In this document: one piece after another, positions 35,955 through 46,426 of the stretch | Layout of the letters: every line of letters begins with the position of its first letter | Numbering within the stretch: position 1 is the first letter of the stretch | IMG/VR virus record: IMGVR_UViG_3300010882_000010 | Origin: a virus | Lineage: Duplodnaviria > Heunggongvirae > Uroviricota > Caudoviricetes | DNA length: 64,000 nucleotides | Strand: one strand, 5' to 3' | Program-made: the position numbers and the translations under genes | The notes under the pieces: generated by a model | What the model saw: only the letters and a program-made list of their open reading frames with translations | Database searches by the model: none | What the model was told of the DNA's origin: nothing

Positions 35955-37679
35955 ATGAAAGGAAGAAGTGTAAAGATACAAAACTTTTTAAGGGGATCAA
36001 CTAGAATTAATTCGATGCCATTAATTTTAGATTGGCAAGATCCTACTTTCTTGGGATTTGAGATTACTTTCTCATTTAATGACCCAAGTACTTCAATATT
36101 AGCTGATTATGATAGTCTTGGTAATCCATTGTTGATGAGTCCAAATGAAGAATCAAGTGCAATAAGATATCTTGATAATATCAATGAACCTGGAAGAGCA
36201 ATGGCATTAGCAACTTTTAGAAATTTGTTGCATACTATTTCATCTAATGCACCATGGCATTTTCAATCTATTTCAGGTGTTGATAATCTTTTTAAAATTG
36301 ATCCAGCGAAGAATACCAGAGTAACAGAAGAAGCCATAATTACAATTGATTGTCTTGAAGGTCTTGATATGAAAATTAGTTCAATGATTGACTCTTACAG
36401 AAGAGCTTGTTGGGATCCGATTGGACATCGTTGGATGTTGCCTGAAAACATGCGATACTTTAAGTGTGAAATTACAATTTACGATTTTAGAGAATTCCAC
36501 CGGACAAAATTTTTAGAAACAAAGTGGGGAAAATGGGGAGATCCGGAAATGCACAATGCTTTTGAAGATTCTGTTCATGATGGGATTTTTGGTGTAAAAC
36601 AAGAAGACGGTTCTAAAAAAAGACCTAGCGGACAAGAAGTCAAAGAAGCTGCAATACAAAAAGGAAAAGATTTAATCGCAAATTTAGTTAACTTAATACT
36701 TTCAGATATTGAAACAACACCAGATGATAGTTGGAAACCTTGGATAAAGTTAGAATGTGACATGTGTGAGTGGGATCTTTTAAATTGGGCACCACCGTTT
36801 GCAGACACTCTTGATAATAAGGGAGATTCTGAAATGGCAACACAACAATTAAAATTTAAAGTTGGTAAAGTACGAGAAGCAAGTAGATTTAGTGAACTTG
36901 GTATTAACTATGCTGATGTTGCAATGAGAGGTCTTTACTATCCTGATACAGAACCTATTGTAATGGCAGAAGCTGAAACAGAAGTAAAAACTATTCTACT
37001 TAACAAACTGAAAAAGAAAGCAGAAGGATTACTTCAAATGTTGTTTTTAGGAAATGCTTATCATTTTTCTTTAATGAACTTAGAATCTACCGCCATAAAT
37101 GCTGCCAGGGCAGCTTACAGAGCAATAGATAGTGCAGCACATGGAAGAAAGAAAATTGGAACTAATGCAGAATTGAAAGAACCACATGTTAAGAAAGATT
37201 TTAGTTCTGAAAACATGGAGTTACAAGAAACTGTTCCACATAATTATGGAGGAGCACCACTCGATGGGAGACCAAATCCTTATGAAGCAAAATTAGAAGG
37301 TAAAAGAGACAGAATTCGTTCTAATATTGAGTTTTACCAATTAACACCACATCAAACTACTATTCAAGATGATGCAGGATTTGAATCTCCTAGAACACCT
37401 AATACTAATTTAGGAAACGCCGGATTTGATGATTGGGAACACAAACCTCCTATAGGAGATAATATTGGCTACAACCAATTGGAAACTCCGCATAAAAATT
37501 GGGAGGATTGGGATTTTTCGGGAGAACCTAGCAAACCTCAAATGGATCAAAATATTGGACTGTCCGTAAATGAAAGTAATGTTCAAATGGAAGGTGTTGC
37601 AGAATTAAAAGAACCTTACGTTTCTACATCTATTGCAAACAAAGTAGAATTTTCAGGACCTCCGTCCTCATCAATGTAA
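35955..37679 (+). CDS. putative tail/baseplate structural protein
   Basis: Located in the baseplate operon; repetitive acidic C-terminus. Confidence 0.5.
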   Translation: MKGRSVKIQNFLRGSTRINSMPLILDWQDPTFLGFEITFSFNDPSTSILADYDSLGNPLLMSPNEESSAIRYLDNINEPGRAMALATFRNLLHTISSNAPWHFQSISGVDNLFKIDPAKNTRVTEEAIITIDCLEGLDMKISSMIDSYRRACWDPIGHRWMLPENMRYFKCEITIYDFREFHRTKFLETKWGKWGDPEMHNAFEDSVHDGIFGVKQEDGSKKRPSGQEVKEAAIQKGKDLIANLVNLILSDIETTPDDSWKPWIKLECDMCEWDLLNWAPPFADTLDNKGDSEMATQQLKFKVGKVREASRFSELGINYADVAMRGLYYPDTEPIVMAEAETEVKTILLNKLKKKAEGLLQMLFLGNAYHFSLMNLESTAINAARAAYRAIDSAAHGRKKIGTNAELKEPHVKKDFSSENMELQETVPHNYGGAPLDGRPNPYEAKLEGKRDRIRSNIEFYQLTPHQTTIQDDAGFESPRTPNTNLGNAGFDDWEHKPPIGDNIGYNQLETPHKNWEDWDFSGEPSKPQMDQNIGLSVNESNVQMEGVAELKEPYVSTSIANKVEFSGPPSSSM

Positions 37680-37691
37680 AACTAAAACAAC

Positions 37692-38648
37692 ATGACAAAA
37701 CTCAGTATTTTTACACCAGCTCATATTACCAACGATTTTTTTAAATGGTGCATACTTTCTGTAACTAATCAATCTTATCGAAATTGGGAATGGATAATTT
37801 TAGACAATTCACCAAATTATGGAATTGAAAATTTTCTTCGTAATGTTCTTTGGGAAAACTTTACACCTCTTGAAATAATTGAATTGAACAAGAAAATCAA
37901 GGTTTACAAAGATGTAACAGGTTCTAAAAATATTGGACAACTCAAAGATATTGCAGCAAGATTATGCACCGGTGAGCTTTTAATAGAACAAGACTGTGAT
38001 GATGTGATGATGTCATTTGCTTTAGCAAGTTTTGCACAGGCAACTAAGCATATTGAACGCGCACAATTTTTCTTTTCTGATTACATCCCGGTTAAAGTTT
38101 TTTACAACGAAAAAGATGAAATGGGATTTTTGAACATGAACAATGGACATCTTCATCTTGATAATTGTACTGTAGAATTTCACAAATTGTATGGTAAAAA
38201 TCTAAATCTTAATGTTAATGTCTTTGGTTCTCAAGCTATTACAAAGGATTTCATTCTTACTAATCAGATAGTTCCATGTAATTTAAGAGCATGGAGAAGA
38301 GAATTTTTTAATCAGATTGGAGGATTTAATCCAGAAGTTAAATTATGGGAAGACTATGATATTGTTTTAAGAAGTTATCTTGAAATCTTCAAAAATCCGG
38401 AAAACATCAGCAATAGTAGAATTTGCAGAATTTCACATCCTTGTTATCTTTACTTTCTTCATGATAAAAATTCAACAAATGAAGAAGTTAGTAACAAATT
38501 AAGAAGTGAAATTGTAGAGTCATTCAGACCTCAAATTGAAAATCTTTTTGAAAGAATCAAAGAAGAAATTGGAATAGAAACTTTACCAATTCACAGGTTC
38601 ATACCAACTCATCCACCAGAAGCCAAAAATTTTACTTTATTATCATGA
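37692..38648 (+). CDS. glycosyltransferase family 2
   Basis: LSIFTP...CILSVTNQSYRNWEWIILDNS, QDCDD, GGFNP...EDYDIVLR. Confidence 0.9.
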   Translation: MTKLSIFTPAHITNDFFKWCILSVTNQSYRNWEWIILDNSPNYGIENFLRNVLWENFTPLEIIELNKKIKVYKDVTGSKNIGQLKDIAARLCTGELLIEQDCDDVMMSFALASFAQATKHIERAQFFFSDYIPVKVFYNEKDEMGFLNMNNGHLHLDNCTVEFHKLYGKNLNLNVNVFGSQAITKDFILTNQIVPCNLRAWRREFFNQIGGFNPEVKLWEDYDIVLRSYLEIFKNPENISNSRICRISHPCYLYFLHDKNSTNEEVSNKLRSEIVESFRPQIENLFERIKEEIGIETLPIHRFIPTHPPEAKNFTLLS

Positions 38649-39619
38649 AAGTTACAGAGAAAAATCAATTAACAAGTAAAGATATTGCAGTAAAAGATTG
38701 GACAGGCGAAGTTGTAGTTAATGATGATCCATTAAAACTTTACCGATGTCGAATTAAAGTTTACGGGCTTTTTGATGATTTAGAAGATGATAAGATACCA
38801 TGGGCTCATCCAGCTGATAAATCAATTTTTGCGGGTGGAGAAACCAAAGGTTTTGGTTGCGGATCGGTTCCAAGAATAGGAACAAAAGTAAAAGTAAGAT
38901 TTGACAGTGGTAATATCTACTCACCAGAATATTATGCAATTCAAAATGTGAATGAAGCGCTTTTAGATACTTTAGGAGATGATTACATGGATTCTCAGAC
39001 TATTGTTTTTGATGAAGATGCACAACTTAAAGTTTACTACACAACTAATGATGGAGAAGATGAAGGAGGATTGCATATCATATTGAAAGACAGTCATGTG
39101 AAGATAGACAATAAAAACAACATCTACATCGACAATAATCAAAGTAAGTGTAGAATTGTAATGAAAGCAAATGGAGAAATGACTATTGATACTGAAAGCC
39201 ATATTGATGTTACTTCAAGACAAGGCAATATTACAGTAGTTGCAGAACAAGGAGATATGAAAGCAGAAGCAAAACAAGGTAAGATAGATGTAGTTGCTAT
39301 GAAGGATATCTCTGTTGAGTCAAAAACTGGGAATATTGATGTAGTTGCTACTCTTGGTGATGTTTCAATTGATGCAAAAGTTGGTAAAGTAGATGTAACA
39401 GCAACACAACAAATTACTTTAGATAGTAAAATTGGTGTAAAAGTAACATCATTAGGTCCAATAGTTTTAGATAGTACATCAAGTTTGCAAGTTTCTGGTT
39501 TGGGTGTAACACCTGGAATTGGACCATTTTGTGCTATTCCTGTTTGTCCTATTACAGGTATGCCACATCAAGGTTCAATAGCAGGAGGACCACTTGCAAT
39601 GCCATCATTATTACCATAA
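38645..39619 (+). CDS. baseplate central spike (gp5/VgrG OB fold + beta-helix)
   Basis: GEVVVNDDPLKLYRCRIKVYG..IPWA, VPRIGTKVKVRF; beta repeats; C-terminal C...CPITGMPH tip. Confidence 0.88.
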   Translation: MKVTEKNQLTSKDIAVKDWTGEVVVNDDPLKLYRCRIKVYGLFDDLEDDKIPWAHPADKSIFAGGETKGFGCGSVPRIGTKVKVRFDSGNIYSPEYYAIQNVNEALLDTLGDDYMDSQTIVFDEDAQLKVYYTTNDGEDEGGLHIILKDSHVKIDNKNNIYIDNNQSKCRIVMKANGEMTIDTESHIDVTSRQGNITVVAEQGDMKAEAKQGKIDVVAMKDISVESKTGNIDVVATLGDVSIDAKVGKVDVTATQQITLDSKIGVKVTSLGPIVLDSTSSLQVSGLGVTPGIGPFCAIPVCPITGMPHQGSIAGGPLAMPSLLP

Positions 39620-39631
39620 TCTTAAACTACT

Positions 39632-40354
39632 ATGGCTCTTAATTCTACAGCACTTTGCAATTTAATTCTGACAAAAAAAGATCAGATTACTAATTCTAAA
39701 AAAGGTTGGAATCCTCCATGTGAATATCCGCCTCCTAAGGAGATGAGAGATGAGTATCTTGATTATGAAGAAAATGTTAAGATGTACTATGTTGGTATTA
39801 TTAGAACCTACGTTTTAGCCAATACTCAAATTTTCTACAATTACACAGGAAATCTAACTATCTATCCGTTCTCTTCTGATCCTATGATGGCAACTCCCGT
39901 ACAAGCTACTAATCCATTACTTTCTTTTCTCTACACACCATATGATAAACCAACTACACTTTTGAATTTGCGTTTGTTTTTTAAAGAGACACAAGAAAGA
40001 GGAGAAAAAGGTTTACCTCCACCATTAAATCCGGTTGAAGAGTTAACCAATGCAATTTTTAGAGATATGGTAGGAATGCCGCCATTAATACCAATACCAA
40101 CCAATATTGTGCAAATTATGCCTCCATTTATTGGACCTCCAGCAATACCAACCTATTCTAGGATTCCAATTTTGAAACCTCAAGCAGATGCAGCAATTGC
40201 TTTAGACACAGCAAAACAATCAGCACCAAGAGAATTATGGCAATTGATTTGTGATTCTATTATTAATGGATACACTACTATGCAAACTCCACCTGTTGTT
40301 ACAACTACATCATCTCCAGGAGCAGGTGCAAGTGCTTTTACTAAGATTTTTTAG
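39632..40354 (+). CDS. proline-rich putative baseplate protein
   Basis: Follows the spike gene. Confidence 0.45.
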   Translation: MALNSTALCNLILTKKDQITNSKKGWNPPCEYPPPKEMRDEYLDYEENVKMYYVGIIRTYVLANTQIFYNYTGNLTIYPFSSDPMMATPVQATNPLLSFLYTPYDKPTTLLNLRLFFKETQERGEKGLPPPLNPVEELTNAIFRDMVGMPPLIPIPTNIVQIMPPFIGPPAIPTYSRIPILKPQADAAIALDTAKQSAPRELWQLICDSIINGYTTMQTPPVVTTTSSPGAGASAFTKIF

Positions 40355-40364
40355 TCCGAATGCA

Positions 40365-40393
40365 AAACTTTTGCGATTATCGGAATAATAATA
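40365..40393 (+). promoter_or_regulatory. class B phage promoter
   Basis: AAACTTTT-N13-TAATAATA. Confidence 0.7.
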
Positions 40394-40433
40394 ATAACTA
40401 ATTAATACTACGTTTTACTTAACACACTACAAG

Positions 40434-41624
40434 ATGAAAAAAAATCTTAATGGGCTCCAGGTGAACAAAAAAGTTTTGTTATCTGATCCCACAGACAAAG
40501 TTTTCTGTCAAGAAGATTATGCACAGGAACTTTACGACAAAATGTTCAATCATTCTAAATTGAACAACAGTCTTCCAAGAGGAGGCAAAGACCTAGAAAA
40601 AGGTCAATTTTTACCAATTACAGACATCTCATCTGTTTCAGAAAATGAAATTTGGTTTGAGGTAAACAACATGACGGCAATTCCGGTTAACATCAACAAG
40701 GAAAAGCGATTTTTTGAGTATTTTGGATACACAAAAGATTCTTTCATTGATTGGGTACGTTTACCACAAGGACGTAAAGAGTTTTTAAAAGAGGAACATC
40801 TAGTTTACATCGAAAAAGCACAACCAAGTCCAAGTGGATCTTTATTTGAAGGATTGCAAAATATTGTTAAAACAGAGTTCTTTGATCAGATTAAAAATCC
40901 AACAAAAGCTTACTATGCAAAAGTTAACAGTAAGAATCAAGGTGGATTTTTCATTGAAGTACAAGGTATTCAAGCATTTTTACCAGGTGGATTAGCAGCA
41001 GCTAACAAAATTGTGAATTTTGATTCTTACATCGGTAAAACTATTCCTGTAATGGTAGAAGATTATCTAGCAGATATTAACACTTTCATTTTCTCTAACA
41101 AGAAGTACATCCAACATGTACTACCAAAATTGGTGGCGGAACTTGATGTTACTAAAAAATTGCAAGGTTTTGTTACCGGTACAAACAAACATGGTGTTTT
41201 CATTGAATTCGATGAAACGTTTACAGGTCTTTTGCATACCAGCAAAATGACACCAGGAACTAAAAAGTATTTTGATGAACGCAGATTTCAACCGGGTGAT
41301 GAAATGGAAGTTTGGGTAATTGAAATTAACAGAAGTAATCAATTAGTACTTTCTGAGTACGAAAGAGGTGCTGAAGAAAACTATGAAAAAAGTTTACTCG
41401 AACAAGGTGTTGTTTATCCATGTGAACTTACAGCAATCCGAGATTTTGGTATTTTTGTTAAACTAACAGGAAATGATAAAGAAGGTAATCCAAGAAAAGA
41501 GATTGGTTTGATACCATCTAAATCTGACAACAATTATCTTTTCAATGTTGGAGACACTACAAAGAAAGTTAGGTTAAAAAACACAAGAGAAGGTAAACAC
41601 TATTTTGAGTTTGCTACAAACTAA
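40434..41624 (+). CDS. ribosomal protein bS1-like multi-S1-domain protein
   Basis: GGFFIEVQGIQAFLPG, GFVTGTNKHGVFIEF...TGLLHTS, AIRDFGIFVKL...GLI. Confidence 0.85.
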   Translation: MKKNLNGLQVNKKVLLSDPTDKVFCQEDYAQELYDKMFNHSKLNNSLPRGGKDLEKGQFLPITDISSVSENEIWFEVNNMTAIPVNINKEKRFFEYFGYTKDSFIDWVRLPQGRKEFLKEEHLVYIEKAQPSPSGSLFEGLQNIVKTEFFDQIKNPTKAYYAKVNSKNQGGFFIEVQGIQAFLPGGLAAANKIVNFDSYIGKTIPVMVEDYLADINTFIFSNKKYIQHVLPKLVAELDVTKKLQGFVTGTNKHGVFIEFDETFTGLLHTSKMTPGTKKYFDERRFQPGDEMEVWVIEINRSNQLVLSEYERGAEENYEKSLLEQGVVYPCELTAIRDFGIFVKLTGNDKEGNPRKEIGLIPSKSDNNYLFNVGDTTKKVRLKNTREGKHYFEFATN

Positions 41625-41636
41625 AAACTAAAAATT

Positions 41637-41671
41637 TGGGGCGATTATCTCAAAAATAGTCGCCCATTTTT
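41637..41671 (+). terminator. intrinsic terminator
   Basis: GGGCGATTAT...ATAGTCGCCC plus T tract. Confidence 0.75.
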
Positions 41672-41674
41672 ATT

Positions 41675-42520
41675 ATGGCACAATTTGACAGAATAATCAT
41701 GAATCCACCATATGGCGAGTTTCATTTTCCAATTTTTAAATCATCGGTTCAAAATTTTATCAAATCAACAGGAATAGTAACAAGTCTACAACCGATGACA
41801 TGGGTTCTTCATTCTTGGCGAGATGATGTTGATTTTGGATACAAAGAATTCATCTCCGAAATTGAAGATTATTGTTTCATTGAACAAGTACTTGATAATG
41901 GAGACGATACAACTTTTAAAGATGTTAACCTCTTTATCAATTTAGGAATTTTCAAAGTTTCGCACACTATTAAAAATCCTAATATCAGAGATATAGTTAC
42001 AACATCACATGGCATTCAATTCAAAAGATTTTTACCATTTTTGAAATCTTCTGGTGTTGATAATATCCGAGTAGAAAAGTTTGATAATCAACAATTTTGT
42101 GTACCATTAAAAACTATGCTCGGTGGTAATGGTAGAGGAATTGAAAGTCATTGTAAAGTAATTGTAAGAGTAAATTATGGAACAATAATTAATGGAATTT
42201 GTTCAACAACAGGAAAGTCTTTAAAAGATTCTAAAACTTCATGTTCAGGTAAGATAGAGGATTGGCCAGTAGTAGTTTTTGATACAGAACAAGAACTCAA
42301 AAATTTCTACAATTTTTGTCATCTTTTGAGTTTTAGATTTTTTGTTCTTTTAGGACAAATCAAAGCACAAATCATGTTAAAATACTTACCATTTCCATCA
42401 GACTACACAAAAGAATGGACAGAAGACAGTTACTTAAAATGGCTAGGAATTTTACATGAGAAAGAATGGATTTTAAATGTCATGAAACAAGCAATGAATG
42501 GAAAGTGGTTAAATTGTTAA
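41675..42520 (+). CDS. second DNA amino-methyltransferase catalytic + TRD half (no SAM-binding motif)
   Basis: Begins MAQFDRIIMNPPY; GIVTSLQP, FKDVNLFINLGIF, LKYLPF..DYTKEWTE. Confidence 0.8.
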   Translation: MAQFDRIIMNPPYGEFHFPIFKSSVQNFIKSTGIVTSLQPMTWVLHSWRDDVDFGYKEFISEIEDYCFIEQVLDNGDDTTFKDVNLFINLGIFKVSHTIKNPNIRDIVTTSHGIQFKRFLPFLKSSGVDNIRVEKFDNQQFCVPLKTMLGGNGRGIESHCKVIVRVNYGTIINGICSTTGKSLKDSKTSCSGKIEDWPVVVFDTEQELKNFYNFCHLLSFRFFVLLGQIKAQIMLKYLPFPSDYTKEWTEDSYLKWLGILHEKEWILNVMKQAMNGKWLNC

Positions 42521-42564
42521 TCACTTTTTTCTTTTTAAACAGTACTAAAGTAGTAAAATAATCT

Positions 42565-42580
42565 GGAATAAATAGTGAAA
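42565..42580 (+). promoter_or_regulatory. class A phage promoter
   Basis: GGAATAAATAGTGAAA. Confidence 0.7.
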
Positions 42581-42602
42581 GCTAGCAATAAGATTCATTA
42601 AT

Positions 42603-44030
42603 ATGGCACAAAAACAGTACACAAGAGAAGAGATTTTACAAGGTAGTAAAATTGGAATAGAGTTTGAATTTTTAACAAACATGGATCCGGTTGATACAGC
42701 AAGAAGTCTTTCAGATGCAATTGAAAAACGTGTGCTTGTTCCTCTAAATGTTGATGAATTCACAAAGTCAGAAGGAAAATTAAAGTATCATACACCAATT
42801 GATTTGGTTGGTATGCCATGGATGTGCAAACTTGAATCTGATTATTCTTGTGGAAAGAAAGGTAATGAACTTATCACAGCGCCTCTTCCATATCAAGATG
42901 CTAGAAACACAATACTTAGAGTTTGCAAATGGATTAAGCAACATGGTTGGACTACAGATAGATGCTCTATGCACTTAAACATCTCATTTGATGATAATTA
43001 CGTTAAAACTAAAACAGAAATTAGGCATATCAATGTTTTAAAATTTTGTCTTGATTTTGATGAAAACAAAGTGTATGCCGAATTTCCTAATAGAAAAGAT
43101 TCTATCTATGCTAATTCCATTAAAAAGTTGATTACCAATAATATCTTTAATACTACGATTACTACTAATAGTCAGTTAATTACACCAAATGAAAAGTATT
43201 ATGGTGTTAATTTTACCAAAGCTTTCAAAGATTACTTAGAGTTTCGTTATTTAGGATGTAAAGACTATGAAAACAAAGTAACTACTATTATTGATATGAT
43301 GGATTATTTTATTGAGTTTACTTTCAACATCTTGCAAAATCCAGAAGTTACTGAAAAAGAAAACAAGGAATTACAGGTTACTTTAGAAAACTACAAAAAA
43401 GTTTTGGAAGTTTATCGAAATCCTATGCTATTAAAGTCTAATTTTCCAAAATTGCAAATTATGGTAGATACTCAAGAAGATAGTAAAATTATTAAAACTT
43501 TTTGGGGTACTATTAAAGATAAAGTTCTTGAAGCACTATTAAAGTGTAATATCCATGAAGGAATTATCAACTATGATAGTGATATTTCAGAATTACAACT
43601 AAAAGATTGTGTTTTAAAATTTGGTACAATTGAAGATGTTACTTTAATTGGTTGTAGTGGAAACGGGTTTGTTAAAAATTGCAAAATTTTTGATTGTAAT
43701 TTTGAGGATGTTAACTTTACCGATTGTTGGTTTTTCACAGGTTCTAAAGTAAAAGACAGTCAATTAAAAAATTGCATAGTAAAACCTAGTAATGAGTTTA
43801 ATAATTGCTACATTCAAAATGAAAAACAATTTCTCTTTGCTGGAATAATGAATGGTGGGGTTTTTAGAAAAGGACCTATTTCAAAAGATGCCGAAATTTC
43901 ATCAAGTACTGATATTATTGAACACAAAGTTGTAACAGCAAATCCAAACGTGAAAAAGTTTGGGATTTACGTTAGCCCTGACAAAGGAACTTTTCAAAAC
44001 AAAAAACTTTTCGTAACAAAAGGAAAATAG
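42603..44030 (+). CDS. putative amidoligase (COOH-NH2 ligase) with C-terminal beta-solenoid repeats
   Basis: IGIEFEF, ESDYS, ELITAPL, TTDRCSMHLNIS, KYYGVNF, LEFRYLG. Confidence 0.8.
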   Translation: MAQKQYTREEILQGSKIGIEFEFLTNMDPVDTARSLSDAIEKRVLVPLNVDEFTKSEGKLKYHTPIDLVGMPWMCKLESDYSCGKKGNELITAPLPYQDARNTILRVCKWIKQHGWTTDRCSMHLNISFDDNYVKTKTEIRHINVLKFCLDFDENKVYAEFPNRKDSIYANSIKKLITNNIFNTTITTNSQLITPNEKYYGVNFTKAFKDYLEFRYLGCKDYENKVTTIIDMMDYFIEFTFNILQNPEVTEKENKELQVTLENYKKVLEVYRNPMLLKSNFPKLQIMVDTQEDSKIIKTFWGTIKDKVLEALLKCNIHEGIINYDSDISELQLKDCVLKFGTIEDVTLIGCSGNGFVKNCKIFDCNFEDVNFTDCWFFTGSKVKDSQLKNCIVKPSNEFNNCYIQNEKQFLFAGIMNGGVFRKGPISKDAEISSSTDIIEHKVVTANPNVKKFGIYVSPDKGTFQNKKLFVTKGK

Positions 44031-44031
44031 T

Positions 44032-45180
44032 ATGGAAATTAGAGGATTTAAATCATATGACCAATTTCTCTTAGAGAAAGATAGTTCAAAAATAATACCA
44101 AAAGAAAGTACTGAATTTGATAAGAAAGTTGGTTTTATCAAACTTTCTCATGATATGAGTGCACTTGATGGAGGTACTACAGGGAGACAGCTTTGGATGA
44201 ATCAAGCAGCTTTAAACAAACTTTATCTAACCTATTCTACTCTTGAAGATTTAGATAAAGATATCAAAGTTCCTACTGATATTCCTATGCTTAATTATGG
44301 CGGACACAGTAAACAAGAAACTAAAGATTTTATCAAAAAACACAAAATACCAACAGAAAATCTTTACAATAAGGGAGAGTTTACTAAGCTTTCAGGTTCT
44401 AAAGTAGAATTCGCAAAAATTTTCAAAGGAAAAGATTGGTTGCCTAAAACTGTTTTTAATAGAGATGAAGCAATTAATGGACAAGTTGGATTTCCTGTTA
44501 TTGCAAAAATCGAAGATGGACATAGTGGATTGGGAATTAAAAAATTTGATACTAAAGAAGATTTAGAAAAAGAACCTAAAACGTTTACACTTAGAGGTGA
44601 TGAAAGAACTTTTGATCTTTACTCACAATTCATCAACTTTGATCGCGAATATCGTTGTATTTTCATAGATGGCAAGTGTGTAATTGTTAATGAAAGAGTT
44701 GATAACATAAAAGAAGACAAATCCATACGAACTAAAAAACTAAATCAAAAATTGAAGTTCATCTATGTTGAACAAGATTTTGATAAAATACCAAAAGAAT
44801 GGTTAGAAAAAGTCAACAAAATTGCAAAAGAAATTTCTAAAGAAATTCCACTTGAAGCTTGGTCGCTTGATATTATTGTAGACAAAGAAGGTAAGATTTG
44901 GGTTTGTGAAATCAATTCAGCAACAGGATTAGGAAGTGGAAAGCTTTGTAAGTACTACATGACTATTTACGAAAATTTCTACAAAAAACAATTACCACAA
45001 GAATTTAAGGATGAGTTGTTTACGAATTTCATATCACAAGGATACATCCAATTTTGGCCAGAGAAAAAGAAAGAAATTGAATCAAGTCCTTGGGCTATTG
45101 ATTATGCAAAAATAGCAAAAGATTATCCAGAAATACCAGATCAATGGTACAAAGACAGATTAGAAGGAAGCAAAAATTAA
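44032..45180 (+). CDS. ATP-grasp ligase (RimK-like) with capsid-targeting-like N-terminus
   Basis: LPKT, FPVIAK..GHSGLGI, QFI..DREYR, SLDII, VCEINSATG; N-terminus FKSYDQFLLE. Confidence 0.85.
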   Translation: MEIRGFKSYDQFLLEKDSSKIIPKESTEFDKKVGFIKLSHDMSALDGGTTGRQLWMNQAALNKLYLTYSTLEDLDKDIKVPTDIPMLNYGGHSKQETKDFIKKHKIPTENLYNKGEFTKLSGSKVEFAKIFKGKDWLPKTVFNRDEAINGQVGFPVIAKIEDGHSGLGIKKFDTKEDLEKEPKTFTLRGDERTFDLYSQFINFDREYRCIFIDGKCVIVNERVDNIKEDKSIRTKKLNQKLKFIYVEQDFDKIPKEWLEKVNKIAKEISKEIPLEAWSLDIIVDKEGKIWVCEINSATGLGSGKLCKYYMTIYENFYKKQLPQEFKDELFTNFISQGYIQFWPEKKKEIESSPWAIDYAKIAKDYPEIPDQWYKDRLEGSKN

Positions 45181-45188
45181 AACAAAAC

Positions 45189-46409
45189 ATGACAGGAACA
45201 CAACTATTTGAGAATTTTTTGAATGAAAGATCTTTAAAATCGGATTTCCAAAATATCAAAAATTACAGAGACTACCGATATTACAACACCTACTTTTACT
45301 TTACCGAGTCTACTGATAAAATTTTTATCATGGATTTTCTAAGTAAAAAAGAAGATGAAATTTTTGGGACAAGTAATTTCAATGTAGAAGATTTGCAAAT
45401 GCACATCGAACAGAAAATACCAAATTTTAATTTCTCTGATGCTTTAATTTTAACTTTCTTAGTTGAACAAGCTTGTTATGGAGATATTGACCAATTAAAA
45501 AATGAAGCAAGAACTAAAGTAGAATTTTTGCAAGAATCTGGTAAAGTCATGACGGTTGAAGACATCTTTAATAATCGTGCAAAACTTTTCAAAATTATTG
45601 GAGGACGTAAAGGTTCATTTCCAGAATTTTCAAATCTTAAACTAAAAGATATCATTAAAATTTTACCATTATTTGAGTCCAAACTCATAGAGAAAATTCA
45701 AGATCCACGCGAAATGCGAAAATTTACGAAAGCTGATGTTTTGAAAATGTTTAATCCTGCTTATGCTAAGTTTATTGTAGACAGTATGGGAAATGGTCCT
45801 TATTTTAGGATAGATGGTGAAATGGGCTTTAAACATCAAGATCCTGAATTTGATACAATTGATAAGGAAACAATAGGAAAGTTTAATGCTAATCCAAATA
45901 CAGGAAGTTTTAAAGATCCTCAAAATGGAAACAAATCAACTATTGGTCACTATATCGTTAATGGAAAAGATGTTGTTAGAAAAGAACATGAAAAAGGAGG
46001 TGTTACTTATTGGATTAACTACAAAGACAAAGAAAAATTATTAGAATCTAAAGTTTACGAAGCACCTATTGCTTATCTTCCAGATAATACTGTTTCTTTT
46101 GATATTCGGATTGATTCAACAGTACACTCTGAAGAACGCAAAACTCGTCACAGTACTGAACATCCTATTACAGATGAACAAATTGTAGAAGTAATCAAAA
46201 AAGCATTAGAACCTATTGCAAAAGATCAACTTACCGGAGAAGATGACCTTGGACAAAAATATCACATCTATGCTCCTAAATACTATCACCTTAATATCAT
46301 AGGTCAATTTGGTAGAGATAAAGGAAAGCTTGTTTTTAGAGTAATCACAGTAATGGAAACACCAAAATTTTATCCATCTGCAGATGCTAAAACAATTAAA
46401 GTAAATTAA
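45189..46409 (+). CDS. putative multidomain internal head protein
   Basis: ATG 45189 gives LFENFLNE; internal LQES/LFES/LLES; C-terminal HSEER..R...VITVM recalls RelE/BECR-like RNases. Confidence 0.45.
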   Translation: MTGTQLFENFLNERSLKSDFQNIKNYRDYRYYNTYFYFTESTDKIFIMDFLSKKEDEIFGTSNFNVEDLQMHIEQKIPNFNFSDALILTFLVEQACYGDIDQLKNEARTKVEFLQESGKVMTVEDIFNNRAKLFKIIGGRKGSFPEFSNLKLKDIIKILPLFESKLIEKIQDPREMRKFTKADVLKMFNPAYAKFIVDSMGNGPYFRIDGEMGFKHQDPEFDTIDKETIGKFNANPNTGSFKDPQNGNKSTIGHYIVNGKDVVRKEHEKGGVTYWINYKDKEKLLESKVYEAPIAYLPDNTVSFDIRIDSTVHSEERKTRHSTEHPITDEQIVEVIKKALEPIAKDQLTGEDDLGQKYHIYAPKYYHLNIIGQFGRDKGKLVFRVITVMETPKFYPSADAKTIKVN

Positions 46410-46426
46410 AATTAAACTACAATATT

